Source: Zootoca vivipara (Eukaryota). Taken from it: a DNA stretch of 64,000 nucleotides. The DNA is taken from positions 28,644,001 to 28,708,000 of the forward strand of contig NC_083288.1 in the NCBI RefSeq assembly GCF_963506605.1. The letters run 5' to 3'. Numbering within the stretch: the stretch's first letter is position 1; each line of letters opens with the position of its first letter. Below are positions 24,136 through 35,227 of the stretch, piece after piece. Under the pieces are notes generated by a model. It searched no databases. It saw only the letters and a program-made list of their open reading frames with translations, and had not been told where the DNA came from. Both the position numbers and the translations under genes were made by a program.

Positions 24136-26010
24136 AATTCAGAAGAAAAACCTGGACAACTCTAAAGTGTGGGAAACAAGGTGGAAACCTCTCTGTTTCC
24201 ATGATGTTGATGTTCTATGCTATTAAATAAAGAAAGCAATTTTAATGCATTTTGTCTATGTTTGTTTTGGAGGCAATGTCCAGAAATCATTCTCTTATAT
24301 GTGTAGACTTCCTGTTGTGTGTAAGTTGACAGAACTTCAAATACTGACACAACTATCAGAAAACCTTTCAACTACATTATATATTTTTGTATAGAAGCTT
24401 TCTATTCAAATCAGCATTCCATCGCCCACATTCACAGGATTGGTGAGCCTTTCAATTTCAATTTATTTACTTTTCTCATTCCCCACCCCCTTAAATGCAG
24501 GTCCACCTCTCCACATTGGTTTGCATTTTTTAAAAAAAACAACAACACACCACAAAATTCTATTTGCATTTTATTAATTTCTCCTAGTACTCCCATTTTG
24601 AATGTGATCTGTCCTCTCCCCCAGGAATGTTGCTACATCATACACCATACACATCTCAAGAAGACATTCCATTATCTCCTAATAATAATTCTTATAAGGA
24701 AAGAAGAATTTATTATTGGCCAAGTACATTTTCCAACATACTTGGAATTTGTTTCAGCTACATTGCAATGTAAACATACACACACTGTTCCACTCACAAT
24801 ACAAATAAGTAAAGAAACCCACCCATAATTGACCTCCCCTTCAGCTACACATCTACAAATTTAACAATTTAATGGCACAAAGGAAAAAAAACTGTGAAAA
24901 AAGGACGAAACAAATGAACATATATCAGCTAAAATCCTGAATCCTAGTCCAGGTGGTGCAATGATTTCTCCAGAGCTCTTGGTCTGGGGAAATCTACTGA
25001 GAATTTCTCAAAATGAGGCAAACTCATTAATCATCGTGGAGTCCTTGGTTTCCCTTACGATTTTGATGGGGTTTTGTTTTGTTTTGTTTTACTCTTGCAT
25101 ACTCCTTTCCCAGTGAGACTTTTCAGATACATTCAAAAGAGAGTGTGCTGAAGACCTGAAGAAAGCACATTTATTTCTGTTCTTTTACAAGTACTTTGCA
25201 TTCTAAGATGAAGCAAAACCAACTCATCAGTCATCTAGTGTGTTGTGACTTTAAGGTAAGAACTCCTCGAAAAGAGCTCTTTAGAATGAATTCAGTGATC
25301 TGGTCCAGAATATAAATGAAGTTCTTGGACATATTTTCATGCCCATTTAAATTTCTATGTATTTAGCTTCTAGTTTGAGTTAAAAGATGTAAAAATGAAG
25401 ATTTAAAATGGCATCGGTCAATCTATTCTCTCTTGGACTAGGAGTCAAATGACCAAAAACCAAATGGCTGCTAAGTTTGAAGAGAGAGACACACCATTGG
25501 AATTGCATTTGTGTCTTTTGGGCATGCTCTTAAGAAATTGATCTGCCAACTTGGACTCTTTATTTCCCTCCCTTCCTTATGGGAAAATCAAATACTCTGA
25601 GGCACACTGATACATTGAACTAGCATTGCCTACTGCATTATGTTCAAACTAGAAGGGTGAAATCACACCTTGAGGTAGTGGGGTGGAGCAGTTGATACAG
25701 AGGGTGTGCTGATAGAGTAACCACTGTGTAAGTGATTTTTATTGTTGCTCAGAAGTGGTAAACTTCTCTCCCTACAGATGCTGCTTGGCTACAAGTCCAT
25801 GGGGAAGGTGACAGTTTCCCCACCCTTGACTTACATCTGGATGGCCATAGGTTTCCCATTATTGATCACATTGTTCCGGTTATGGCACCGATAGCTTCCA
25901 CAGATGCCTCCCAGTGTCTTCAGGTAAAATGTAACTCAGCTATATGTTGTAACAGGTTTTCAAGTCTGAAACATTATGGAAATGATACAAGACTCTGTTG
26001 AATCCTGGGC

Positions 26011-26085
26011 TCCTTCCTTCCTCCCTTCCTTCCTTCCTTCCTTCCTCCCTTCCTTCCTTCCTTCCTTCCTCCCTTCCTTTTTCCT
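26011..26085. repeat. (TTCC)n-type simple repeat
   Basis: Direct reading. Confidence 0.9.
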
Positions 26086-26449
26086 TTTTGCCTCTCAGTG
26101 AATGGGGTATTTTTTCTTGTTTCTTGTTTATCTGGTTTTTAATTTATATATTTTATACTGCTTATCACGAAATGTTTCACAGTAATGTACAACAATGTTA
26201 AATAATAAATGCTTAGGCAAACAGGAATGTCTTTGACTACTAGGGCCACCACAAGGAACAACCTTTTCCAGATTTTCACCTGATTAATCAATTGTTCTCC
26301 ATGTGTCATAGAATATGCATTATTTTTGCTTGGCTCATTGGCTCCAGCCATTGTAGGAATCTGATTTTGTGGAGTATTAAGCCCTCTTTATCTGCCACCG
26401 TCTTCTTGGGTGGCAGGCAGTCTCTTCTCACTATTCCATATCCAATAGA

Positions 26450-27388
26450 CTTATGTACGTATGCTGATGGCAATGTAGTGTGTGCACGCTCAGAGGATGA
26501 CCTCAAACCATCCTAAATATCTTTGCAGAAGCTTACGAAAAGCTTGGCCTGTCACTCAACATCCAAAAAATCAAAGTGCTGCACCAACAAGTACAAAACA
26601 ACCCTTCTGCAGTGCCGCAAATCCAACTCAATGGTGTAACGTTGGAAAATGTTGATCACTTCTCCTACCTAGGCAGTTATCTTTCCACAAGGGCCAACAT
26701 TGATGCTGAAATCCAGCATCGCCTGAACTCTGTGTGTGGCTTTCTCCTGATTGAAGTGCAGAGTGTTTGAGGACCGGGACATTCACAAGGAAACCAAAAT
26801 GCTTGTTTACAAAGCTATTGTACTACCAACTTTACTATATGTTTGTGAAACATGGACCACTTATAAACACCATCGCCAACTCCTTGAAAGATTCCATCAA
26901 TGGTATCTCTGAAAATTTTTACACATCACTTGGGAAGACAGGCAAACTAATATCAGTGTATTGGAAGAAGCAAAGATCACCAGTTTTGAAGCAATAACTC
27001 TTCAACATTGACTTCGTTGGACTGGTCATGTTGTGCCTGATGATCGTCTTCCCAAGCAACTACTCTATTCTGAACTAAAAAATGGAAAGTGTAATGCTGA
27101 TGGTCAACAAAAGAGGTTTAAAGATTCTCAAGGCAAATCTTTAAAAATGTAGTATAAACACTGACAACAGGGAAACACTGGCCTGTGAGCGCTTCAGTTG
27201 GAGAACAGCCTTTACCAAAGCTGTCATGGGCTTTGAAGACACTCAAACTCAGGGTGCAAGGGAGAAAGCATGCTAAGAGAAAGGCATGCTTGGCAAATCC
27301 ACACCGTGATCAACTCCCACCCGGAAAGCAATGTCCCCACTGTGGATCACCGAAAAAGAAGAAGAAGAAGAAGAGGAAGAAGAAGAAT
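26450..27388 (+). mobile_element. RTE-clade LINE, 5'-truncated and frameshifted
   Basis: YADG (YADD-like)...SEDDL...GLSLNIQK...LENVDHFSYLGSYLS...IDAEIQHRL, a C-terminal CPHC and a (GAA)n tail. Confidence 0.88.
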
Positions 27389-27432
27389 GTATTTACAAGG
27401 CCCAAGCCTCATAAACTACCCCCAGCCTGAGA

Positions 27433-27567
27433 TTACACTTCAGTTTAAGTAATCCACGGATCAATCCACTTTCCATTACTTTCAATGGGAAAGTTTGCTT
27501 CAGGTTAAGTACGCTTCAGGTTAAGTACAGACTTCCGGAACCAATTGTGTTTGTAAACCGAGGTACC
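27433..27567. mobile_element. Tigger-like MITE fragment (same family as 33366-33702)
   Basis: aatccactttccattactttcaatgggaaagtt...aaaccgaggtacc shared with the 33.4 kb copy. Confidence 0.8.
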
Positions 27568-27720
27568 TTTAGAAGGCATATCAAGGCAGCCCTGTTTAGG
27601 GAAGCTTTTAATGTTTGATGAATTTCTGTATTTTAATATTTTGTTGGAAGCCGCCCAGAGTGGCTGGGGGAACCCGACCAGATGGGCGGGGTATAAATAA
27701 TAAATTATTATTATTATAAA
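27566..27720 (+). mobile_element. L2 LINE 3' end
   Basis: Nearly identical to 61659-61810 (tttagaaggcat...gatgggcggggtataaataataaattattatta). Confidence 0.88.
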
Positions 27721-27754
27721 TACCCATGCCTAATTGCTATCTATTATCCCTTAG

Positions 27755-28711
27755 ATGCACTTGACTGTCAATGAGAAAGAAGAAAATCAGACAGCTCCTA
27801 TGGCATTTATTCTCTTAGATTTTAACAATGATGACCTACGGATGTTGTTTTTCATACTGTTCCTAACTATATACCTTGTCACCATGGCTGGGAACATCCT
27901 CATCATTATTTTAGTAGTTATTGATCAACACCTTCACACACCCATGTATTTCTTCCTGGGAAACCTGTCCTGCCTGGAGACTTGCTACAGTTCAACCATC
28001 ATGCCAAGGATGCTGGTCAGTTTTCTGACTGGGGACAGAACTATTTCTATTAAAGGGTGCTTTACACAGTTATATTTCTTTGGGTCTCTTGCAGCTGCAG
28101 AATGCTACTTTCTAGCAGTGATGTCATATGATCGCTATTTAGCAATATGCAAACCATTGCATTACACAATACTTATGAATGACAGGATCTGCATTCGGCT
28201 GATTGTCGGACCATGGATCATTGCGTGTCTGGCAATCAGTCCAATAATATTTTTCATGTCTCAACTGAATTTTTGTGGACCCAACAAAATCAATCATTTC
28301 TTCTGTGATTTCACTCCCATGGTAAGACTTTCCTGTAATGAGACTGATTTGGTTGAAACTACAGCCTTCATACTATCCTTCATAGGTACTCTGGCACCCT
28401 TTGTCATAACTGTATCATCTTATGTTTACATCATCAAAAACATTTTAAGAATTCCATCCACCACTGGTAAACAAAAGGCATTCTCTACATGCTCTTCTCA
28501 CTTGACTGTGGTTGCTTGCTTCTATGGTTCACTGATGATAGTCTATGTCTTACCAAACATGAATTCATTGAGTGACTTGAAGAAAGTCTTTTCTCTGTTC
28601 TACACTTTGCTCACCCCACTAGTCAATCCCCTTGTGTACAGCTTAAGGAACAAAGAGGTAAAGGAAGCCATTATAAAAGCATGCAAGGTGTTTCAGAGGC
28701 ATTATTATTAA
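27755..28711 (+). CDS. Olfactory receptor, class II (OR11/OR6-like), 318 aa, intact
   Basis: All OR motifs. Acceptor atcccttag|ATG. Confidence 0.97.
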   Translation: MHLTVNEKEENQTAPMAFILLDFNNDDLRMLFFILFLTIYLVTMAGNILIIILVVIDQHLHTPMYFFLGNLSCLETCYSSTIMPRMLVSFLTGDRTISIKGCFTQLYFFGSLAAAECYFLAVMSYDRYLAICKPLHYTILMNDRICIRLIVGPWIIACLAISPIIFFMSQLNFCGPNKINHFFCDFTPMVRLSCNETDLVETTAFILSFIGTLAPFVITVSSYVYIIKNILRIPSTTGKQKAFSTCSSHLTVVACFYGSLMIVYVLPNMNSLSDLKKVFSLFYTLLTPLVNPLVYSLRNKEVKEAIIKACKVFQRHYY

Positions 28712-29127
28712 GGAAAAACATTCTACCTTCAGAATGTGAACGCTTTATGCTGACTAATAAAGGAAGTAATATTAATGCATGTTGTTAAATCATAATTTTA
28801 GAGCTAGGATCCTGGAAACTTGTCTGCTTTGTAGCTCTTGTTGACACTCAAGTTGGGAAGACATAAAACACTGACATAACTATCAGGAGGCATGCTTCCA
28901 ACCACACTATATGTCTTTGACCATTTGGTCAACCCCTTATATGCAGTTTGAAGAACAATGGCATGAAGCACACGGCAAGAAAAAAAGTTCAAGATGTTTC
29001 ATAGAATTCATGGAAATTTAGGGAGAAATGGGGAAAACTGCATAAGAAATCAATTAGACACCATTCTATATCCTCCATATGAATGTTTTTGGTGTCTGGT
29101 GTCTAATAAAGAAACTTTTTATATATT

Positions 29128-29707
29128 TTGTTGTTGTTGTTGTTTAGTTGTTTAGTTGTGTCCGACTCTTTGTGACCCCATGGACCATAGGACGCCAGGC
29201 ACTCCTGTCTTGCACTGCCTCCCGCAGTTTGGTCAAACTCATGTTCGTAGCTTCGAGAACACTGTCCAACCATCTTGTCCTCTGTCGTCCCCTTCTCCTA
29301 GTGCCCTCAATCTTTCCCAACATCAGGGTCTTTTCCAAGGATTCTTCTCTTCTCATGAGGTGGCCAAAGTATTGGAGCCTCAGCTTCACGATCTGTCCTT
29401 CCAGGGAGCACTCAGGGCTGATTTCCTTAAGAATTGATAGGTTTGATCTTCTAGCAGTCCATGGGATTCTCAAGAGTCTCCTCCAGCACCATAATTCAAA
29501 AGCATCAATTCTTCGGCGATCAGCCTTCTTTATGGTCCAGCTCTCACTTCCATACATCACTACTGGGAAAACCATAGCTTTAACTATACGGACCTTTGTC
29601 GGCAAGGTGATGTCTCTGCTTTTTAAGATGCTGTCTAGGTTTGTCATTGCTTTTCTCCCAAGAAGCAGGCGTCTTTTAATTTCGTGACTGCTGTCACCAT
29701 CTGCAGA
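29128..29707 (-). mobile_element. Bov-B (RTE) LINE 3' fragment
   Basis: ORF MTNLDSILKSRDITLPTKVRIVKAMVFPVVMYGSESWTIKKADRRRIDAFELWCWRRLLR...GVTKSRT and a (CAA)n tail, typical of Bov-B. Confidence 0.96.
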
Positions 29708-30012
29708 TTACGGATGTAGAGAGGTATTGGCTTAGGCATTGGATCTAACCGTCTATATCCGACTCCAGCCCACTCTGCTGGCAGTCTGTGAAGGGTTAAC
29801 CACCATTGGGTGAGCGCTGCGATACAGATCAACTAGGAACTCAACCCCAGGGCCACCACTAGGGGCGTGCCTTAGGCCCTCACCTACCACGGCTTCGGAC
29901 ATGGCCACGCCCCGGATTCCTTAAGGGAGTACCCTTCAGCAATTTGGGGGGGAGTTGATGGCAGCAAGTGGGAAAATTCCTACCAGGCCTCTCAACAGTG
30001 ACCAACCGCACT
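29708..30012 (-). mobile_element. Dispersed repeat of the 'ggcttaggcatt' family (fragment)
   Basis: ttggcttaggcattgga, ctaccacgg, gagtaccctt and gggaaaattcctaccaggcc shared with 54084-54843. Confidence 0.75.
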
Positions 30013-30764
30013 AAGTTCAGTAGGGTGTACTTCTTAGTAGACAGGATTTCAAGTCAAATATTTGTGACTATAAATTTTGTTCCTCCTCTTTGCCATGCAA
30101 TGATGAGCTGGCTATGATGAACTTCCTGAGTTCCTGGGAGAGTTTCAGTATGTGTAAAACAGGCCTAGGAAAATGATCAAGTTACATTGGAACAACAATT
30201 TTTGTGTGTGTGTGGGGGGGAACCAGATGTTGGACTCCAGCTCTCACTATACATTGTCATCATGGTCAATGGTCAAGAGTAATGGTACTTGTAGTCCAAT
30301 AACATAAGTAGAACCATGGTTGTCCATCACAGTTAGAAACTTCAGAAAAGAACATAGCATTCTTAGTTTCATAACATTGTTAAAAAGTTATGGTGGGATG
30401 CTTAACTTTCATAGATATACACCAGAAACCATTGCTGGATTTTTTTAATCAATGGGGCTTAAGTTAGTCTTGAAATCCAGAATGGAGGAGTGATTAGAAC
30501 ATCATGCCTGGGAAAACCCAGTTTTAAATGCTTGTTTCTTCTTATCCTAACCTCACAAGGTGAGGATAGCAGCTGGTGGGAGAAAAATGTTTTTAGCTTG
30601 CACTTCTTGGAGAGAAAACAATAGAAGGTTAATATAATAATAAAAAGTCCATTGATTTCAACACGTTTGATCTAAATATAGCTAAGTCGGGAATCAACAG
30701 GCTGTAACTTCTTAATCACATATTCAAACCTAAATGTTTATTAATATTATCTGATGTTACTTAG

Positions 30765-31718
30765 ATGAAACTGAATGTCAACACAGAAGAGGAAAATCAA
30801 ACAGCTCCTGTGGCATTCATCCTCTTGGACTTTAATAGTGAGGACTTACAGACATTGTTTTCCATACTTTTTCTTCCTATCTACCTTGTGACCATGGCTG
30901 GAAACATTCTCATTATTGTTCTAGTAGTCCTCAATCAGCATCTTCACACACCCATGTATTTCTTCCTGGGAAACCTTTCATGCCTGGAGACTTGCTACAG
31001 CTCAACCATCATGCCAAGGATGCTGGTCAGTTTTCTGACTGGGGACAGAACCATTTCAATTAACGGATGCTTTGCCCAGCTGTATTTCTTTGGTTATCTC
31101 GCAACTACAGAGTGTTACTTTCTAGCAGTGATGTCTTATGATCGTTACTTAGCCATTTGCAAACCGTTGCATTATGTAATGCTCATGAATGGAAGAATTT
31201 GTATCATGCTTATTGCTGGATCATGGATCAGTGGATCACTCTTTATCAGTCTCATAATATTTTTTGTGTCTCAGCTGCAATTCTGTGGACCCAACAAAAT
31301 CAACCATTTCTTCTGTGATTTGATCCCAATGATAAGACTTTCATGCAATGATACTAATCTGGTTGAAACTACAGCCTTCATAATATCCTTCATAGGTACA
31401 CTGGCACCCTTTATCATAACTGTGACATCTTACATTTTCATCATCAAGAGCATTTTAAAAATCCCATCCACCACTGGTAAACAAAAGGCATTCTCTACAT
31501 GCTCCTCTCACTTGACTGTGGTTGCTTGCTTCTATGGCTCCCTGATGATAGTCTATGTCTTACCAAACATCAGTTCACTGAGTGACTTGAAGAAACTCTT
31601 TTCTCTGTTCTACACTTTGCTCACCCCACTAGTCAATCCCCTTGTGTACAGCTTGAGGAACAAAGAGGTAAAGGAAGCAATTAAAAAATCATTCCAGATG
31701 TTTCAGAGAACTTATTAA
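30765..31718 (+). CDS. Olfactory receptor, class II (OR11/OR6-like), 317 aa, intact, mosaic
   Basis: All OR motifs. Acceptor gttacttag|ATG. Confidence 0.97.
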   Translation: MKLNVNTEEENQTAPVAFILLDFNSEDLQTLFSILFLPIYLVTMAGNILIIVLVVLNQHLHTPMYFFLGNLSCLETCYSSTIMPRMLVSFLTGDRTISINGCFAQLYFFGYLATTECYFLAVMSYDRYLAICKPLHYVMLMNGRICIMLIAGSWISGSLFISLIIFFVSQLQFCGPNKINHFFCDLIPMIRLSCNDTNLVETTAFIISFIGTLAPFIITVTSYIFIIKSILKIPSTTGKQKAFSTCSSHLTVVACFYGSLMIVYVLPNISSLSDLKKLFSLFYTLLTPLVNPLVYSLRNKEVKEAIKKSFQMFQRTY

Positions 31719-31787
31719 AAAAATTAGAGGAAAGGGGAAACCTTCTCATTATCACTGACTTCATGTGTGGACTTCTCCATTGATATA

Positions 31788-32006
31788 CAGTGGTACCTCA
31801 GGTTAAGAACTTAATTCGTTCCAGAGGTCCATTCTTAACCTGAAACGGTCCTTAACCTGAGGCGCGCTTTCGATAATGGGGCCCTCCTGTTGCCGCTGGC
31901 GCATGTTTTCTGTTCTTATCCTGGGGCAATGTTCTTAACCTGGAGCAGCCACTTCCTAGTTAGCGGAGTTTGTAACATGAAGTGCCTGTAACCCGAGATA
32001 CCAATG
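31788..32006. mobile_element. Tigger-like (TcMar) MITE
   Basis: ta|cagtggtacctcaggtta ... taacccgagataccaatg|ta TIRs with TA duplication. Confidence 0.88.
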
Positions 32007-32647
32007 TATATTAATTTCATCTGCATTAGATCTAGTGGATCTTTCTTAGCCACATTTCAGTGATGGGGAGGACCAACCCCAAACTGAATGAAACAATAGA
32101 TGTGATCCTTACCTTTGATAGGCTACATTTCAGCCATTGAAAATCAGAGGGTTGTACACATTCCCACTTATTTGTCCATCCTCCATCCAAGTAATTAAGA
32201 GGCATTATCATATTTTGAGATCACATTTTAACCAGGCAAACACACGTATAGAAGGGTCACACCATGAGGAGCTGTGTAGTCTGGGAAGAATCCCAACAGG
32301 TAAAAACTTCTGGAGGGCTGAGGTTTTCAATCCTAGTCTACCACTTCATTGTTGAGTCAGTGAACTGAGAGGTGGTATCCATTGCCACTAATGATCTAAA
32401 CTGACTTCCTTTTGAAAAGACTTCGAACACAGACAGTGTTACTAGTTGACATTCTTATAACTGCACTCTATACATTCTGATAAAGAGTCTTCCCCCTTCA
32501 AATTTCTTTCATTCCTCTTGTGGTTTTAACAAAAATCCACACATGGATTTTTACACGTTTATTTCCAGCTTTTGCAAATGTAATTATTAAATAAGGTATG
32601 TTAACTGGAATGGAAAATTAACTTTTTATGCTTGAAACAAACAAACA

Positions 32648-32800
32648 AAACACACCTTCCAGTAGCACCTTAGAGACCAACTAAATTTGTCATTGGCATG
32701 AGCTTTCATGTGCATGCACACTTCTTCAGATATCTGGAAGGAATTTTTTAAATCTTGTTTCGACTACGGCAGATTAACACGGCTACCTACCTGTAACTTT
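32648..32800. mobile_element. Penelope-like element fragment
   Basis: ccagtagcaccttagagaccaac...atgagctttc...cacttcttcagat and cagattaacacggctacc resemble reptile Penelope terminal sequences. Confidence 0.6.
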
Positions 32801-33365
32801 TATAGACTTTGGTCCTTTACTTGCCTGCTGTTTGGTTTGCTGAAAATGCACCTTATGATTTTATGCCATTTTAAAAAGGATTTCCACTTTTTTTTCTGAG
32901 AAGGAAAAAATATGCATACTGGGCAGTGATACAATGCCATGAAGCCTCTTTTCCATTGTGGATCTTCAATGGATATGGCAATTTTAAACCTTAGTTTGGA
33001 AATTTGCCTCATGTATTCATAAAAGGAAATAAAATTCCCCCAATTGAATCTATGCAACAAGATGGAAAGAATGGACTAGAGGAACAAAAGTATCAAGTTG
33101 AATGAAATCCTCTCATCCCTGTTCAATATATTTGGTAACTGCACACACAGAAATCCGACTTGTGCTGCAGTAGCTAAAATGTTAAATCACCATTGGGGAT
33201 GTATGAATCTGTCCATTTCAATTTGTTCCCATTTCTCATTTTTATGACCTTAATTATATTTATTTCCCACATGTCCACATCAGTTTGCATTATAAAGCAG
33301 TCCTTGTGAAAATGCATCATGGTTGTATATATATATTTGCCTAAGAGACCCATTTTTGGAAAATA

Positions 33366-33702
33366 CAGTTATACCTCAGTTTAAGTACGCTTCAGTTTGA
33401 GTACTTTCAGTTTAAGTACTCCGCGGACCCGTCTGGAATGGATTAATCCACTTTCCATTACTTTCAATGGGAAAGTTCGCTTCAGGTTAAGTACGCTTTA
33501 GGTTAAGTACGGACTTCCAGAACCAATTACACTCATAATTCGGGGTAAGTACGTTTCAGGTTGAGTACTCTGTGGACCCATCTGGAATGGATTAATCCAC
33601 TTTCCATTACTTTCAATGGGAAAGTTCACTTCAGGTTAAGTACGCTTCAGGTTAAGTACAGACTTCCAGAACCAACTGTGTACTTAAACCGAGGTACCAC
33701 TG
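33366..33702. mobile_element. Tigger-like MITE with internal about 150-bp tandem duplication
   Basis: ta|cagttatacctcagtttaagtac ... gtacttaaaccgaggtaccactg|ta. The block tctggaatggattaatccactttccattactttcaatgggaaagttc occurs twice. Confidence 0.88.
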
Positions 33703-35227
33703 TAATGTGCCCTAATGTAATGCATTTTTGTATGTTAATGTCACAAATATATGAATTTTACTGTACATGTGTATGCCTTTTTATCAACATTTCTTCATGG
33801 GGGAACTGCACTGCAAAATTCAGAACACTGCAAATTTAACTCCATATAAGTTTCTCATTTAGGTGTCTGATTATTTACGTGGATATAAGAATAATAGAAT
33901 TGTAAGGTTGGAAGGAACCTCAAGCATCCAGCCCTCTGCAATGCAGGAATCTCAACACATTGACTTATTCATTGAAATAACTGGGGTTTCTTAGTTTCTT
34001 TATTTTAAAATATTTTAAGTTATACAGAAGAAGGTATCATGAAACACGGTAAGTGAAGTGTGCACTGATAAAAAAACACATAGATGGTGTCCATAATTCT
34101 GTATATTGAATAATAAAGCAAAATGACAAAATGGTAAAGCAAATATAATATGTTTCTAATGGGAACATTTAGTTTTATAAATAAATAAATAAATAAATAA
34201 AGGTATACAAATATACTATAGCTTAACTAATGGAAATATATTCATATTAAACAATAAAACTGAGATAATTCTAAAACATTTCAGATACACTGATATGCTA
34301 TCAGAAACCTGTGAAAACGATAGACCAAAACCTTTCTTGGAACAATTGGCAGCAGTACTTGGATTTGATGGAGTTCTAAGGATCACTTCTGGGTGATTCT
34401 ATACAGTCATCATTTCTAGACCACCATCTCCACCCCCTTCCCCCCGGAACAAACATCATAATCAGATAACCTTCTCCCTGTCCACCTTCCATGATGAAGC
34501 ATTCTTTTTAGCAAGCTCCTAAACTGGCAGATACACCCAAGCCAGAATACAGTGGGAGTCTCTGCTGGATGTTCTAATTTCCATGTCACTCTTTCCTAGC
34601 AATCATATTTCTGCTCGAAAGTCTACTTGCAAACAAGATCAGCAGGGAAAGGAGTGATAAAAGCAGGCTTGATGGATGATACTGAGAGACAGGGTCTGTG
34701 ATAGGGATGTGGGGGAAATGACTTTTGTGGATTGGGGCAGAGCTACATTTCTACAGTTATTTCTGGTTCTTGTGTGGCTCCTTTGCTGTTCCTCCCACCT
34801 CCCCCAGAGTCAAACTGCCCCTCCATACCACAATTCAATTTCTAACTCATTTACTGGGTTCCATAATTCTAATGAACAATTTGTTCTCAACCCCCCCCCC
34901 AAAAAAAACCCTTTTCTCTCTTTGGATTTCACTGCCTATACTTCCCTGACACCTCTCTGTTATTACCTGTGCCTGCTGTGAGTTAGTTAAGTTACATTAT
35001 ATGCTCCATAGTAGGCAAAAAGCTGTGGGAAATTGCAGGTGGCCTGTAGATCTCCAGATATTGCTGGACTACAAATCCCATCATCCATTATCATCAGCAG
35101 TACTGGCTGGGGCTGATGGGAGGTGGAGTCCAACAATATTTGGAGGCCTACAGGCTTGCATATCCTTCTGTAAATAGATAAGTAAGAGTTCAAACTTGAC
35201 CTGCTTCATTACATTTATCCATTTCTG

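Noticed and set aside
28900-29015. Degenerate OR-like TM7 tail (ggtcaaccccttatatgcagtttgaagaacaa) downstream of the 27755 gene
   Set aside because: Plausible old fragment but too short and decayed to call confidently by eye.
29148-29687. 179-aa + strand ORF
   Set aside because: Antisense shadow of Bov-B.
33390-33690. Regularly spaced ttcaggttaagtac repeats resembling an array
   Set aside because: Subterminal and internal repeats of a Tigger-like MITE bounded by TIRs and TA. Not CRISPR-like.
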